Counted from the stretch's first letter, positions 26,406 to 38,095 are shown. The stretch is 64,000 nucleotides of DNA from an uncultured delta proteobacterium (GCA_963771175.1 CAVYSY010000039.1:64001-128000), one strand, 5' to 3'. Notes: generated by a model from the sequence alone, not told the origin. Numbers and translations: made by a program.

Positions 26406-27096
26406 CCACGAGTCGTGGCCTGCCTTGCAGCCGTGGATTGCCAGGAGACGGGCCGTCGATATCGTCAGCACGCACTTCTCGAAGGAGGAGCTGGCCGCTG
26501 CTCGATGGCTCGCACTGGAGCCGAGCTGGCATCACGGATACCCGCAGCCAGACGAGGGCCGCTTCGGCTACCGGGAGGTGACCTGCGAGGTGGCCGATTT
26601 CTGCGAGCAGTGTGGCATCGGACTGAGGCAGAAGGCCCCCTTTCGGATGAAGTCCGAGCCGAAGTGGGGTCGAAACGGCATCCTTCAACTCCACTGGGTC
26701 TTCGACGAATTCTTCGTGAGGCCGGAGGTCTGGAGCACTGTCTTCCATCCGAACGGAGTCGGCTGCCGGCCGGTTCTCGACGCGAAGGGCGCCGAGCTGA
26801 AGACGGTGGTCCAGCTCGTCATCCAGGAAGAAGTGGACGTGGTGGTGGAGGACCTCGCAACGGAGCACTGTGCACACTGTGGACGGGTCAAGTCTCTCCC
26901 TGTGACACGGGGGGCATTCCCTCCACTGGCGAACGAGCCTTCGGCCCGGATGGCGAAGACGCGAGAGTATTTCGGCAGTGGAGCATCGGCCCACAGGGGG
27001 GTCCTGGTTTCACAGGAAGTGGCCCGGGCGCTGGCGGCGAAGAAGGTGCGCGGAGCCTCGGTGCGACCGGTAGCAGAGCATCCGAAGCGCAGCTGA
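26404..27096 (+). pseudogene. 5'-truncated double-CxxCG motif protein (immunity-like)
   Basis: CEQCG and CAHCG motifs. The protein-like frame (SHESWPALQPW...) begins at the repeat boundary with no RBS and ATG. Confidence 0.6.
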
Positions 27097-27116
27097 TGCT
27101 GTACCCAGCCGCGAGT

Positions 27117-27238
27117 CTCAGAACAGCACCAGATCCTCGAACTGCTCTCCGGGCTCACCGTCCTTCGGGCCCGTCCCCAGCACCGCCTCCGTGTTGCGCC
27201 GCCGGGTCTCCGTGAGCTCGGAGACCAGGGCGAGGATC
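27117..27238 (-). repeat. Direct-repeat copy 2: current 3' end of the cNMP-binding gene
   Basis: Matches 26284-26405, offset 833 bp. Confidence 0.95.
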
Positions 27239-28983
27239 TGCGGGTGCGTGAGGATGAGGGTGTCGAAGTCCTCGCGCGGCAGCCGCAGCAGCGAGGTGTT
27301 CCGCTGAGCCGTCACGGTGGCGGTCGCGGGCGTCTTCTGGAGCAGCGACATCTCCCCGAACAGCTCGCCCTCGCGCAGTTGCGCCAGGGACTGCCCGCCC
27401 TTGCTGACCGACACCTCGCCGGAGAGCACCACGTAGAGGCCATCCACCTGGTTGCCCTCGTGGATGATGACGTCGCCCCGGCGCACCTCGCGGGCCTTGA
27501 AGCGCTCCACCAGGTCGCGCCGGTCCTTGCGCCCGAAGGACCGGAAGAGCGCCGAGGTGTTCACCACGTCCGACAGCAGCCGCTGCCGGCAGAACCGCCG
27601 CAGTGCTCGGGCCACCTGTGGGTAGCTGCGCGACAAGTCCGCGAGCACCGGTGCCGAGATCTCCAGCACCTGCGTCTCCTCCGCGGCCCCCACCACCGAG
27701 GCCGAGCGCGGCGCGCCCGACAGGAGCGCCATCTCGCCGAAGAAGGCGCCCTCCTCCAGCGTGGCCAGCACCCGCTGCTCGTCGCCCTTCTGGCGCACGA
27801 TGCGCACCCGGCCCGCGCAGATGACGTAGAAGGCATCGCCCCGCGTGCCCTGCTCGATGATGCGCGCGCCCTCGGGAAAGCGGCGCAGCGGGCAGCGCTC
27901 GAACAGCGCGATGAAGGCGTCGCGCGGCAGGTCCGAGAAGAGCGGAATCTCCGGCAGCGCCCCGTCCCGCGGGGCCGTCTCCGTCACGGTCTCCTCGGCG
28001 CTCCCCTCGCCCGGCTCGTCGCCGGCCGCGGGAGCCCCCGACATCGGCCCTCGTGCCATTCCCGCGAGAGCCGCCATCTCCACCGCGTGCAGCAGCGAGT
28101 CCGCACCCAGCTCGAGCTCGGTGAAGGGCGTGCTCCCCGGCACCGGGGACTGGAAGTCCACGCCGGCCTCGGGGGTGAAGCGCTCGATACGCGGCGCGGA
28201 GGGCAGCACCGCGGACCACGGTGCGGTCCGGCGCGGGGGCTCCGGCACGGGAGGCGGCGCGGGGACCGGGGCCTTCTCTGGCTCGGTCGGCTGGGAGTCG
28301 GTGGCTCGGCGGGGGCGCAGACCCGGAGGAGCGGCTTGCGCCACGGGGGTCGGGGACGGCGCGGCCTCCACGGTCCTCTGCTCCGCGTCGCTGAGATCCA
28401 GCTCGAAGCCCGTCGACGAGTCCTCGCTCGCCTCCTCGATGTCCAGCTCCACCTCGATGCCCGAGGAGGAGTTCTGGGTTTCGGCCGCCACACCAGGGGC
28501 CTGGGCCTTCGGTGCCCCCTCGTCGTCGAACTGGACGGGAGCGCCGGGCACCAGCCCCATCCGCGCCGCCGGAGCCGGAGCCTCGTCGGCCACCACCCGC
28601 TTCACGAGCGAGGACGCGATCACGTTCGCCGGCTTCGGAGCCGGTTCGCGGGGTGCGCCACCCGGCACACCACGGCGGGCGTAGAGGTTGGCGAGCATCT
28701 GCTGGACGCCCTGGTGCGACGAGTCCAGCTCCAGGATGAGCTTGCTGGCGGCGATGGCGCGCGGGAGGAAACCCTCGCGAGCGAAGCCCTCGGCGGCGAC
28801 CTGGTAGGCGACGATGGCGCGAGCGTTGTTGCCCGCCTTCACCCACGCGTCTCCCAGGCGCAGGCGCGTCTGGAAGTCCTTCGGCTCCCGCTGACAGTAC
28901 TCCTCGAGGAGCTCGGCGGCTCGGGGGAAGCGACCCTTGGTGAGTGCCTCGTTGGCTTTGTCCCTGAGCTGCCTTGGCTCCAT
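27118..28983 (-). CDS. TPR-like N-terminus plus two cyclic-nucleotide-binding domains, 621 aa
   Basis: FFGEMALLSGAPRSASV and LFGEMSLLQKTPATATV phosphate-binding cassettes, joined to the N-terminus by a Pro/Glu-rich linker. Confidence 0.9.
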   Translation of the reverse strand: MEPRQLRDKANEALTKGRFPRAAELLEEYCQREPKDFQTRLRLGDAWVKAGNNARAIVAYQVAAEGFAREGFLPRAIAASKLILELDSSHQGVQQMLANLYARRGVPGGAPREPAPKPANVIASSLVKRVVADEAPAPAARMGLVPGAPVQFDDEGAPKAQAPGVAAETQNSSSGIEVELDIEEASEDSSTGFELDLSDAEQRTVEAAPSPTPVAQAAPPGLRPRRATDSQPTEPEKAPVPAPPPVPEPPRRTAPWSAVLPSAPRIERFTPEAGVDFQSPVPGSTPFTELELGADSLLHAVEMAALAGMARGPMSGAPAAGDEPGEGSAEETVTETAPRDGALPEIPLFSDLPRDAFIALFERCPLRRFPEGARIIEQGTRGDAFYVICAGRVRIVRQKGDEQRVLATLEEGAFFGEMALLSGAPRSASVVGAAEETQVLEISAPVLADLSRSYPQVARALRRFCRQRLLSDVVNTSALFRSFGRKDRRDLVERFKAREVRRGDVIIHEGNQVDGLYVVLSGEVSVSKGGQSLAQLREGELFGEMSLLQKTPATATVTAQRNTSLLRLPREDFDTLILTHPQILALVSELTETRRRNTEAVLGTGPKDGEPGEQFEDLVLF

Positions 28984-28985
28984 TG

Positions 28986-31094
28986 TCAGCGTGCCCCCTC
29001 CGCCGCTGTAGTTGTCTTCGCCAGGGCCGTCGCGGCGGCATCCCGCACACGACGGTAATAGTCACTCTTGAGCGCGTCCAGTGCGTCGGCCTGGGCACCC
29101 GTCCCCATCTTCGCGAGCGCCGCCGCCGCCGCCGCCCGGATCTCCGGGAGATCGTTGTACAGATCGCGCGCCACCACCTCGGCCGCCGAGTTGTCGCCGA
29201 TCTCCCCCAGCGCGGTGAGCATCTCGCGCCGGCCGAGGCTCGTGGAGTCCTCCAGCGCCTTCACCAGCGTGGGCACCGCCTCCTTCGCCTTCATCCGGCC
29301 GAGCATCGAGGCGGCCAGCACCGCCTCCGGGCCACCCTCGGTCACCACCTTGCTCAGCGGCTCCACCGCGGAGGCCGGCACGCCATGACGGTTCAGCGTG
29401 TCGAGCAGCACCAACTTCTCGCCGCTGATCTGCGGCAGCAGCTCCACCAGCACGGACTGACCGACCTCGCCCTGCTCGGCCAGCGCCTGCGCGAGTGTCT
29501 TGAGCAGATCTCGATCGGACTCGAACATGCCGCCCTTGGCGATGGCCACACCCTCGGGCCCCAGTCGCGCCAGGCCCACCAGGGCGGCGGTGCGCAGCGT
29601 CACGCTGGAGTCCCCGGCGAAGCCCTTGAGCAGCTCCAGCGCCCCGGGCGCCTTGACGGCCCCGAGCGCGCGCAGCAGCCCGGCCAGCGGCTCGAGCCGG
29701 GACGACTCCATGTCGTCGAACAGCTCGGTGGGCACGCGTTGCTGCACCACGGGCCGGCCCAGGTTGCGCGCCTTGGCCGCGTTGAGCGCCTTCACGCGCG
29801 CCATGAGGCCATTGTGCTTCTCGCCCTTCTGCTGTTCCGCCTCGCTGACGTCCTGCCGCGAGGGATCGAACCCCTCGCCATAGCGCTCGGGCAGCGCCTG
29901 GGTGACCCAGTCCTGACGGAGCGGCTGCACGGACGCGAGCTCCTGCTCGTAGGCCTTCCGCAGCACGGGCGCCGCGGAGGCGTCCCCGATGGCCGCGACC
30001 GCGTCCACGGCGAGCGCGCGCAGCGTGGCGTCCCCCTGGGTGATGTAGGGCAACACCGTGGGCAGCGCGTTCTTGGCCGCCGGGCCGAGGCCGATCACCG
30101 CCTGCAGCCCGCTAGCGGCGGTGGTGGCCCGCGACAGGCGCTCGACGATGGGCTCGAGCGGGCAGCCGCCGCGATCCCTCATCACCCGGGCCACGGGGAT
30201 GGCCTCGGAGGGGACGGCGTCGAGCGCGATGGTGCACAGCGCCGCATCCGTCTGGGGCTGGCGCGGCAGCTCGAGCAGGGCGTCGATGGCCAGGGGGCTC
30301 ACCGGGCTCTTCTCCACCGCCACGGCCTGAAGGCGGGGAATGGCCTGCGGCTCCTGCAGCCGCGTGAGCGCGGTGATGGCGGACTCGCGCAGCTCGGGGA
30401 AGCTCTCGTCCAACAGGGGCAGGATGGCCGCGACGGCGCGCTTGTCGCCCACGTCTCCCAGGCCCCGCACGGCGGCGGCGGCGAGGATGACCTGGCTGTC
30501 GCGAACCAGCGGCACCAGCCGGTTGAAGGCCTCGGGCCGGCCGCTCTTGCCCAGCTCCTCGGCGGCACCCACGCGCTCGGGCGGCGAGCCCTCGGTGAGG
30601 GCCAGCAGGTTGCGGTCCCAGATGGCCTTGGACTCGGCGGCGACGACCTCGGCCATGGCGCCCGGCACGTTGGCCTGCTTGAGCGCCTGGACGATGATCT
30701 GCCGCGTCGCCCGGCCCCGACGGCCGTACTGCAGCGTGAGGTAGGCCTTGGCCTTGTCGTTCTTCACCTGCGCCAGGGCCATGGCGGCCTTGCCCTGGAC
30801 GTCCTCATCGGAGTCCTCGAGCAGCTCGCCGAGCAGGTCCACCACGCGGGGATCCTGGCTCTTGCCGAGCGCCGCGGCGGCCTCGCCGCGGACGATGGAG
30901 GCCATGTCCTTGGCCGCCCGGGTGAAGAGGGCGAGGTCGTCCGGGCGGGACTCCTCGGCCAGCTTCTTCACGGCGAGAGCCCGCACCTCCGGGCGAGGGC
31001 TCTGAAGGTCCGCGAGAAGCTGGTCCCGACTGCCGCTGCACGCAGCGGTACCGAGGAGGGCCAGGACGAGGAAGGTGCGCGCGCCGGTTCGCAT
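28986..31094 (-). CDS. HEAT-repeat lipoprotein, 702 aa
   Basis: Lipobox LGTAA-C and many HEAT-like repeats (VRGEAAAALG, VRDAAATALA). Confidence 0.88.
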   Translation of the reverse strand: MRTGARTFLVLALLGTAACSGSRDQLLADLQSPRPEVRALAVKKLAEESRPDDLALFTRAAKDMASIVRGEAAAALGKSQDPRVVDLLGELLEDSDEDVQGKAAMALAQVKNDKAKAYLTLQYGRRGRATRQIIVQALKQANVPGAMAEVVAAESKAIWDRNLLALTEGSPPERVGAAEELGKSGRPEAFNRLVPLVRDSQVILAAAAVRGLGDVGDKRAVAAILPLLDESFPELRESAITALTRLQEPQAIPRLQAVAVEKSPVSPLAIDALLELPRQPQTDAALCTIALDAVPSEAIPVARVMRDRGGCPLEPIVERLSRATTAASGLQAVIGLGPAAKNALPTVLPYITQGDATLRALAVDAVAAIGDASAAPVLRKAYEQELASVQPLRQDWVTQALPERYGEGFDPSRQDVSEAEQQKGEKHNGLMARVKALNAAKARNLGRPVVQQRVPTELFDDMESSRLEPLAGLLRALGAVKAPGALELLKGFAGDSSVTLRTAALVGLARLGPEGVAIAKGGMFESDRDLLKTLAQALAEQGEVGQSVLVELLPQISGEKLVLLDTLNRHGVPASAVEPLSKVVTEGGPEAVLAASMLGRMKAKEAVPTLVKALEDSTSLGRREMLTALGEIGDNSAAEVVARDLYNDLPEIRAAAAAALAKMGTGAQADALDALKSDYYRRVRDAAATALAKTTTAAEGAR

Positions 31095-31163
31095 CGTTCT
31101 CCGAGGAGGGAGGGCGTGAAGACGCCGGCGGTTATATCAGCGGCGCGCGCGACCGCCCATGAC

Positions 31164-33183
31164 TCAGCGGCTCTTCCGGGGCCCTCGGCCCCTCGGTCCC
31201 CCGGCGCCTTCCCGAGGAGGCCGCGTCTTCCAATCGGTCGACGGTCCCTGGGACTTCTTCGCGCGCCAGTTGGTGAAGGGCTTCGCGCCCTCGCCGGCGC
31301 CCTCGCCTCCCGGGCGTGCCGCACCGCGCCGTGCCGGGCGATCCGAGCCCGCCCCCGCCGCGCCCCACGTCTTGCGCTCGGGCCTCATGCCCCCCGCGCC
31401 TCTCGGCCCGGGACGAGCACCCCGCTCGCCACGCTCCTCGCCTCGCGGCGCCCACTCACGGCGCTCGGGACGGTCACCCCGAGGCGGACCGCGCCGCTCG
31501 GCACCTCCCGCTGCGGAGAACGGCTTGCGCTCGGGACGGTCACCCCGAGGCGGACCGCGCCGCTCGGCGCCTCCCGCTGCGGAGAACGGCTTGCGCTCGG
31601 GACGGTCACCCCGAGGCGGACCGCGCCGCTCGGCGCCTCCCCCAGCGGAGAACGGCTTGCGCTCGGGACGAGCACCCCCCGCACCCCCGGGGGGCCCACT
31701 CGCGACGCTCGGGACGAGCACCCCGCTCGCCACGCTCCTCGCGAGGCGCCCACTCGCGGCGCTCCGGACGGGGACTCCGCGCGGGAACCCGCCGCTCGGC
31801 GCTGCCCCCGGCGAACGCCGGCTTGCTCTCACCACGCTCCTCACCCCGAGGCGCCCACTCACGACGCTCGGGACGAGGCCCACGCGAGGGGACCCGCCGC
31901 TCGGCGCTGCCCCCGGCGAACGCCGGCTTGCGCTCACCGCGCGCGCCGCGCTCCTCACCACCACCCCGAGGCGCCCACTCACGGCGCTCCGGACGCTCAC
32001 CCCGTGGGGGGCCACGCCGCTCGGCGCCACGCTCGGCCGTACCGAACGACCCGCGCGCCGGGCGACCACCGCGAGCTCCACGCTCCTCACCACCACCCCG
32101 GGGCGCCCACTCGCGGCGCTCCGGACGCGCCTCACGGGTCTCCTCCTGCGCATCCTCACGAGGCGTCCACGTGCGGCGCTCGGCGCGACCACCCGTGGCA
32201 CTCCGGAAGGCGGGCCGTGCCCCACCATCCCCTCGCGGCCCGAGCTCCTTGCGCTCGGGCCGACCGGCCGCGCGCGCCGGGCGCTCCGCCTTCGAAGCCC
32301 CACGCTCGGGACGCTCCGTCCGGGCGGCCTGGGCCGGCGCGGGAGGCGCCTCCTCGCTGAAATCCTCGTCGTCCGCGTCCACGTCCGCCTCGAAGCCCGG
32401 CGCCGTGCGCCCGTGACGCCGCGGCGGCAGCTTCAGCGCCCGCTCATCGGGCGAGACCTTGCCGTCGGACACGTCCTGAAGCAGGCGCACCTCGGCCTGG
32501 GTGAGCGGCCGCTTCTCGCCGGGGCGAAGGCCCTCGACGGTGACACCCGCGTAGCTCGGCCGGTACAGGCGCACCACCGGGGAGCCCACCGCGGCGCACA
32601 GCCGCTTGATGAGGTGCGGGCGACCCTCGGCCACCACCAGCTGCAGCCAGGTGTTGCGCTCGGCCTTCTCGAGCACGTCCACGGACACGGGCGTGGCCAT
32701 GCCGTCCTCGAGCCGCACGCCACCGCGCAGCTTGTCCAGCGTGGCCTCGTCCGGCGTGCCCTTCACCTTGGCCAGGTACGTGCGCGGCACCTGGAAGCTG
32801 GGGTGCGTCAGCTTGTGCGCGAGCGCCCCGTCGTCCGTGAGCGAGCAGCGCGCCCTCGGCGTCGTAGTCCAGCCGGCCCACGGGGAAGAGCCGCTTGCCG
32901 CTCTCCTCGATGTAGTCGGCCACCGTGGGGCGGCCCTGCGGATCCGACAGCGTGGTGACGACGCCCACCGGCTTGTAGAGCAGGAAGTAGGTGGACTTCT
33001 CGGGGGGTGCGACGAGCTTCGCCGTCCACCGTGACGAGATCGCCCGGCTCCACCTTCGCTGCCGAGCTCCGTCACCTTCTGGTTGTTCACGCGTCACGCG
33101 GCCCGCGGTGATGAGGACCTCCGCGTGCCGCGCGAGGCCACGCCCGCGCGGGCCAGGTACTTCTGCAAACGTTCAGCCGCCAT
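31164..33183 (-). CDS. rluB: RsuA/RluB-family pseudouridine synthase with a long R/G/E/P-rich tail (frameshifted)
   Basis: MAAERLQKYLARAGVASR (S4 domain), LYKPVGVVTTLSDPQGR, PVGRLDYDAEG and LTHPSFQVPRTY across several frames; lies downstream of scpB. Confidence 0.85.
31461..31669 (-). repeat. 66-bp tandem repeat, three copies, in the rluB tail
   Basis: Units start at 31461, 31527 and 31593 and encode RPERKPFSAAGGAERRGPPRGD. Confidence 0.9.
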
Positions 33184-33188
33184 TTCCG

Positions 33189-34179
<991 letters not shown>

Positions 34180-34193
<14 letters not shown>

Positions 34194-35055
34194 TCTCGTC
34201 CACCTCCGTGGGGCACCAGCCGCTCCAGGGCGTCCCCGTTGGGGGTCAGGAGGATGTCCTGCCAGGGGCTCCTCCTGGCGCACGCTGATGCAGCCGCCGC
34301 TTCACCATCTCGAGGATGGCCAGGAAGGTGATGACCAACTCCGGTGACGCGTCGCGCTGCCCTCGAAGAGACCCTCGAAGCTGCCTGCGTCCCTCGGCGC
34401 GCAGCGCTCGGCTATCGCGCAGGATGGCCTCGGAGAGGCTCACGCTGCTCGCGCACCACCTCGTGCTGCAGCTTGGGCGTCAGGCGCTCCGAGCACCCGG
34501 TCGAGCGCCTCGATCAGCTTGAGGACGCTGAACTCCTGCAGCCCCACCTCCTCCTCGGGGATGGGCACGGCCTCCACGGGCACGCTGGCGGGCGAAGACG
34601 TCGCGATCCAGGATGTCCTGCTTGGCGAGCTGCTCGGCCGCGTCCTTGTACTTCTGGTACTCGAGCAGGCGGCGCACCAGCTCGGCGCGCGGATCGTCCG
34701 CCTCCTCCTGCCAGCGCTCGGCCACCGCGTCCGTCGCCGCTCCGGCGGTGCTCCTGGCGCGGCAGCAGCATGCGGCTCTTGAGGTGCGCCAGCGTGGCGG
34801 CCATCACCAGGAACTCCCCGGCGATGTCCAGGTCGATCTCCCGCATCCGCTCCAGGTGCTCGAGGTACTTCTCGGTGATGAGCGCGAGCGGGATGTCGAA
34901 GATGTCGACCCGGTGCTCCTGATGAGGTGCAGCAGCAGATCGAGCGGCCCCTCGAAATTGGGCAACGCAACGCGGAAGGCGTCGCCCGGACTACGGGGGA
35001 CGTCCGCCTCGAGGGTCTCGTCCGAGGGAGGGTCGCTGCGACGACCTTCGCTCAA
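34180..35055 (-). CDS. scpA: Segregation/condensation protein ScpA (frameshifted)
   Basis: [50 protein letters not shown] and TFLAILEM in successive frames. Confidence 0.9.
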
Positions 35056-35064
35056 CGGGCGTCC

Positions 35065-36090
35065 TCACGCGCTCAGGCAACCCCACGGCGCGGCGCACCC
35101 GGTCCATCAAGCGGGCGGCCACGGCACGGGCCCGCTCGGCACCATCCTGGAGGATGCGCTCGAGCTCGGCCGGGTCGCTCACCAGCTCCTCGCGACGCTT
35201 GCGCGCCGGACCGAAGGTCTCGTGGAAGGCCTCGAGCAGCAGCTTCTTGTAGTCACCGTAGCCCTTGCCGCCCGGCGCGCCACGAGACTTCCACCTCGCG
35301 GAAGCGCGTCCTCGGGCAGCATCACCTGGAGCAGATCGTACAGCGGGGCGTTCTCGGTGGGCTTGGGCGCCTCGACGGCCGTGGAGTCCGTCTTGATGCC
35401 CATGATGCGCTTCTTGACCTCCTTCTCGTCTCCGAACATGTCGATGGTGTTGCCGTAGGACTTGGACATCTTCTGCCCGTCCACGCCCGGCACCGTCGCG
35501 GTGCTCTCCTGGATGCGAGCGGCCGGCAGCTTGAGGATGCCGGGGGCGTGCCGCTCTTCTTGCCGTCCGGATCCTGCGGGTCGTAGCCCGGGCACGTAGG
35601 TCACGTTGAACTTGGTCGCCCAGTCGCGCGCGAACTCGATGTGCTGCACCTGGTCCTTGCCCACCGGCACGAGGTCCGCGCTGTAGAGCAGGATGTCGGC
35701 GGCCATCAGCACCGGGTAGGCGAAGAGGCCGAAGTCCGGGCTGATGCCCTTGGCCACCTTGTCCTTGAAGCTGTGGGCGCGCTCGAGGTGGGCATGAGGC
35801 ACCACGGTGCCGAGGATCCAGTAGAGCTCGGGCACCTCCGGCACGTCGCTCTGCCGGAAGAGGACGGCCTTCTTGGGATCCAACCCGAGCGACGAGGTAG
35901 GCGAGGGCGGTCTCGCGGGTGAGCTCCGTCGGCGAGCTTCGGGTCGCGCACGGTGGTGAGCGCGTGCAGGTTGGCGATGAAGTAATAGGGCCTCGCCCTC
36001 GTCCTGCAGGTGCACGAACTGCCGGATGGCGCCGTAGTAGTTGCCGATGTGCAGCCGGCCAGAGGACTGGACTCCCGAGAGGATCCGCAT
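35065..36090 (-). CDS. trpS: Tryptophan-tRNA ligase (frameshifted)
   Basis: MRILSGVQSSGRLHIGNY (HIGH), YPVLMAADIL, VPVGKDQ and KMSKS. Confidence 0.93.
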
Positions 36091-36302
36091 GACTCCCACG
36101 CCTATACTCGAAAGGGGTGACAGCCCTGGTTCGCACACCCAGAGTCACCCTGCAACTTTCCTGCGAGCCGCTCCCCCCTTTTGAACTCGGCCGCCCGCTC
36201 CCCGGTCAGCCCGACTAGTGGGAACTTCTTGGGAGGTAAGTAAAAGGCCTGTGAAATCACAGGGTTGTAGCGGGGGTCGGCCTCCGCTACCGTGTCGTCG
36301 AC

Positions 36303-37472
36303 ATGGAGCGGTTCAAGGGGAATCTGGCGAGCTACCGGCTGCAGCTTTTGATGCCGGCGTTCTTCGAAGCGCCCGCGATGGACGGGACGCTGCGAGTGGA
36401 GCGCGCATCGGTGCGGCGGCACTTCTTCTTCCAGCACGGGCTGCTGGTGGGCGAGAGCTCGAGCGAGCCCCTGGAGCACCTGGGACAGGTGCTGGCACGG
36501 CTGGGCATCCTCGACGCGGCGCGGGCGGCGGCGGCCTTCGACGCGGCGGAAGCGACGGGAGTGCCCTTCGGCACCTTCCTGGTGGAGCGGGGCCTGGTGG
36601 CGAAGGCTCGGCTCATGGAGGCCATGGAGCACAAGGCGCGCGAGGCGCTCTTCGACTGCTACGGGTGGGAGTCCGGCGAGGTGGAGTTCCGCCCGGGGCT
36701 GCCGCCGCTGGGGCGGGCGGTGGAGCTGCAGCTCGGGCTGAAGGGCCTGCACCGGGACGCGCTGGCGCGGCTGCGCGAGTGGAAGGTGTTCTGGGACCTG
36801 TTCCCCGGGCCGGGGACGACTTTCGGCGTGTACCGGGAGTTCGCGGTGGAGACGGTGTCGGCGGCGGAGGGGCTGCTGATGCAGCTCGCCGAGCAGGGCG
36901 CGACGCTGAGCGAGCTGCTGGCGGCGGCGCCCGAGGGCCCGCTGCACGGGGCGCGGTGGGTGCTGCGCCTGTACCGGCGGGGGGCGCTGACGCCTCGGAA
37001 GCCGAGGGGCCCGAAGGTGGGCGAGGCGGCGCGAGTCTCGGACCTGCTGGAGCTGGCGCGGGGACTGGTGGAGACGGGCCGGTACGAGGAGGCGGTGGCG
37101 GTGACGGCACAGGTGCTGGAGCGGGCGCCGGTGCCGGAGGCTCACACGCTGTACCGGGAGGCCGAGGTGCGGCTGACGGTGGCGCTGGCGGACGAGGTGC
37201 TGGCGCTGGACGGGCGGCTGTACTTCGAATCGCTGCCGCGCCCTACCCCGCCCTCGCTGACGGCGGACGACCTGTACCTGTACGCGAAGCTGCGGAGCGG
37301 CCGGAGCGTGCGCGAGGTGCTGCGGAACACGGCCATGGGCGAGCTGGCTGCCTACCGGGCGCTGCGGCGGCTGATGGAGGCGGGCATCGCCCGGGTAATG
37401 CCGAGCAACGACGTGGCGCCGAGGCGGCGGACGAGGACGAACCCCTACGGGATTCCGGCCGTGGTGCTCTGA
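36303..37472 (+). CDS. DUF4388-like protein of myxobacterial type
   Basis: FKGNLASYRL...GTLRV...FFFQHG...HLGQVL N-terminal pattern; GC-rich third codon positions. Confidence 0.75.
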   Translation: MERFKGNLASYRLQLLMPAFFEAPAMDGTLRVERASVRRHFFFQHGLLVGESSSEPLEHLGQVLARLGILDAARAAAAFDAAEATGVPFGTFLVERGLVAKARLMEAMEHKAREALFDCYGWESGEVEFRPGLPPLGRAVELQLGLKGLHRDALARLREWKVFWDLFPGPGTTFGVYREFAVETVSAAEGLLMQLAEQGATLSELLAAAPEGPLHGARWVLRLYRRGALTPRKPRGPKVGEAARVSDLLELARGLVETGRYEEAVAVTAQVLERAPVPEAHTLYREAEVRLTVALADEVLALDGRLYFESLPRPTPPSLTADDLYLYAKLRSGRSVREVLRNTAMGELAAYRALRRLMEAGIARVMPSNDVAPRRRTRTNPYGIPAVVL

Positions 37473-37483
37473 GGGCCTTGAGG

Positions 37484-38095
37484 TTACGTCTGTTCCCGGT
37501 ACGGCGTCGGGGCTCGCTGGGTTCCGACCGGGGGCAACCACAACGCCCCCAGATTCAAGAGAAGCGCATCGAAAGGTTCGGCGCGCACCTCCTCCTCGCC
37601 GCTGTGGCTGGCGACGAACAGCCAATCCCGCGCCTGCCGACGGTAGATCTCCAGGGTGCGCGTCAGCGGATCGATGAGCCATGCATGGCTCACACCTTCA
37701 CGATGGTAGAGCGGGAGCTTGCGCTCCCTATCCACCTGGACAGTGGAGGGCGAGAGCACCTCGCATACCCAGTCCGGAGCCACTGTGGAGAAGGCCTCGT
37801 TCATGAAGGATGGGTCCGGCATCCGATCGCGGCGCCATCCCGCGAGGTCCGGCACCAGAACATCCCTCCCGAGGTGGAGCTCCGGCTCGTAGAGGAGCCA
37901 CCACCCACCGCGCATGTCTTGCTGTCCCAGGTCGAACGCGGGGCCCAGCAGGGCGCTGAGTGCCCAGGCCACCCGCGCATGGGGCATGGCGGGTCGCGGT
38001 GAAGCCACCAGCTCATCGCCCAGGATCTCCCCGACCCATCCGACCGGCAGCGCCTCGATGTCCTCGTACGTCGCCGGCCTCTTCCCATTCCCCAT
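37484..38095 (-). CDS. Uma2 (DUF820) family endonuclease-fold protein
   Basis: ATYEDIEALP, EPELHLG, LVPDLAGWRR, PDWVCEVLSPST and WLIDP. Confidence 0.93.
   Translation of the reverse strand: MGNGKRPATYEDIEALPVGWVGEILGDELVASPRPAMPHARVAWALSALLGPAFDLGQQDMRGGWWLLYEPELHLGRDVLVPDLAGWRRDRMPDPSFMNEAFSTVAPDWVCEVLSPSTVQVDRERKLPLYHREGVSHAWLIDPLTRTLEIYRRQARDWLFVASHSGEEEVRAEPFDALLLNLGALWLPPVGTQRAPTPYREQT

Noticed and set aside
31461..31669. Regular repeats as a possible CRISPR array (also 50270-50520 and 62056-62222)
   Set aside because: Head-to-tail units that are multiples of 3, inside coding frames, with no unique spacers and no cas genes.
37484..38095. Uma2 gene as part of a restriction or defence system
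   Set aside because: A highly paralogous family in myxobacteria; no methylase or partner nearby.
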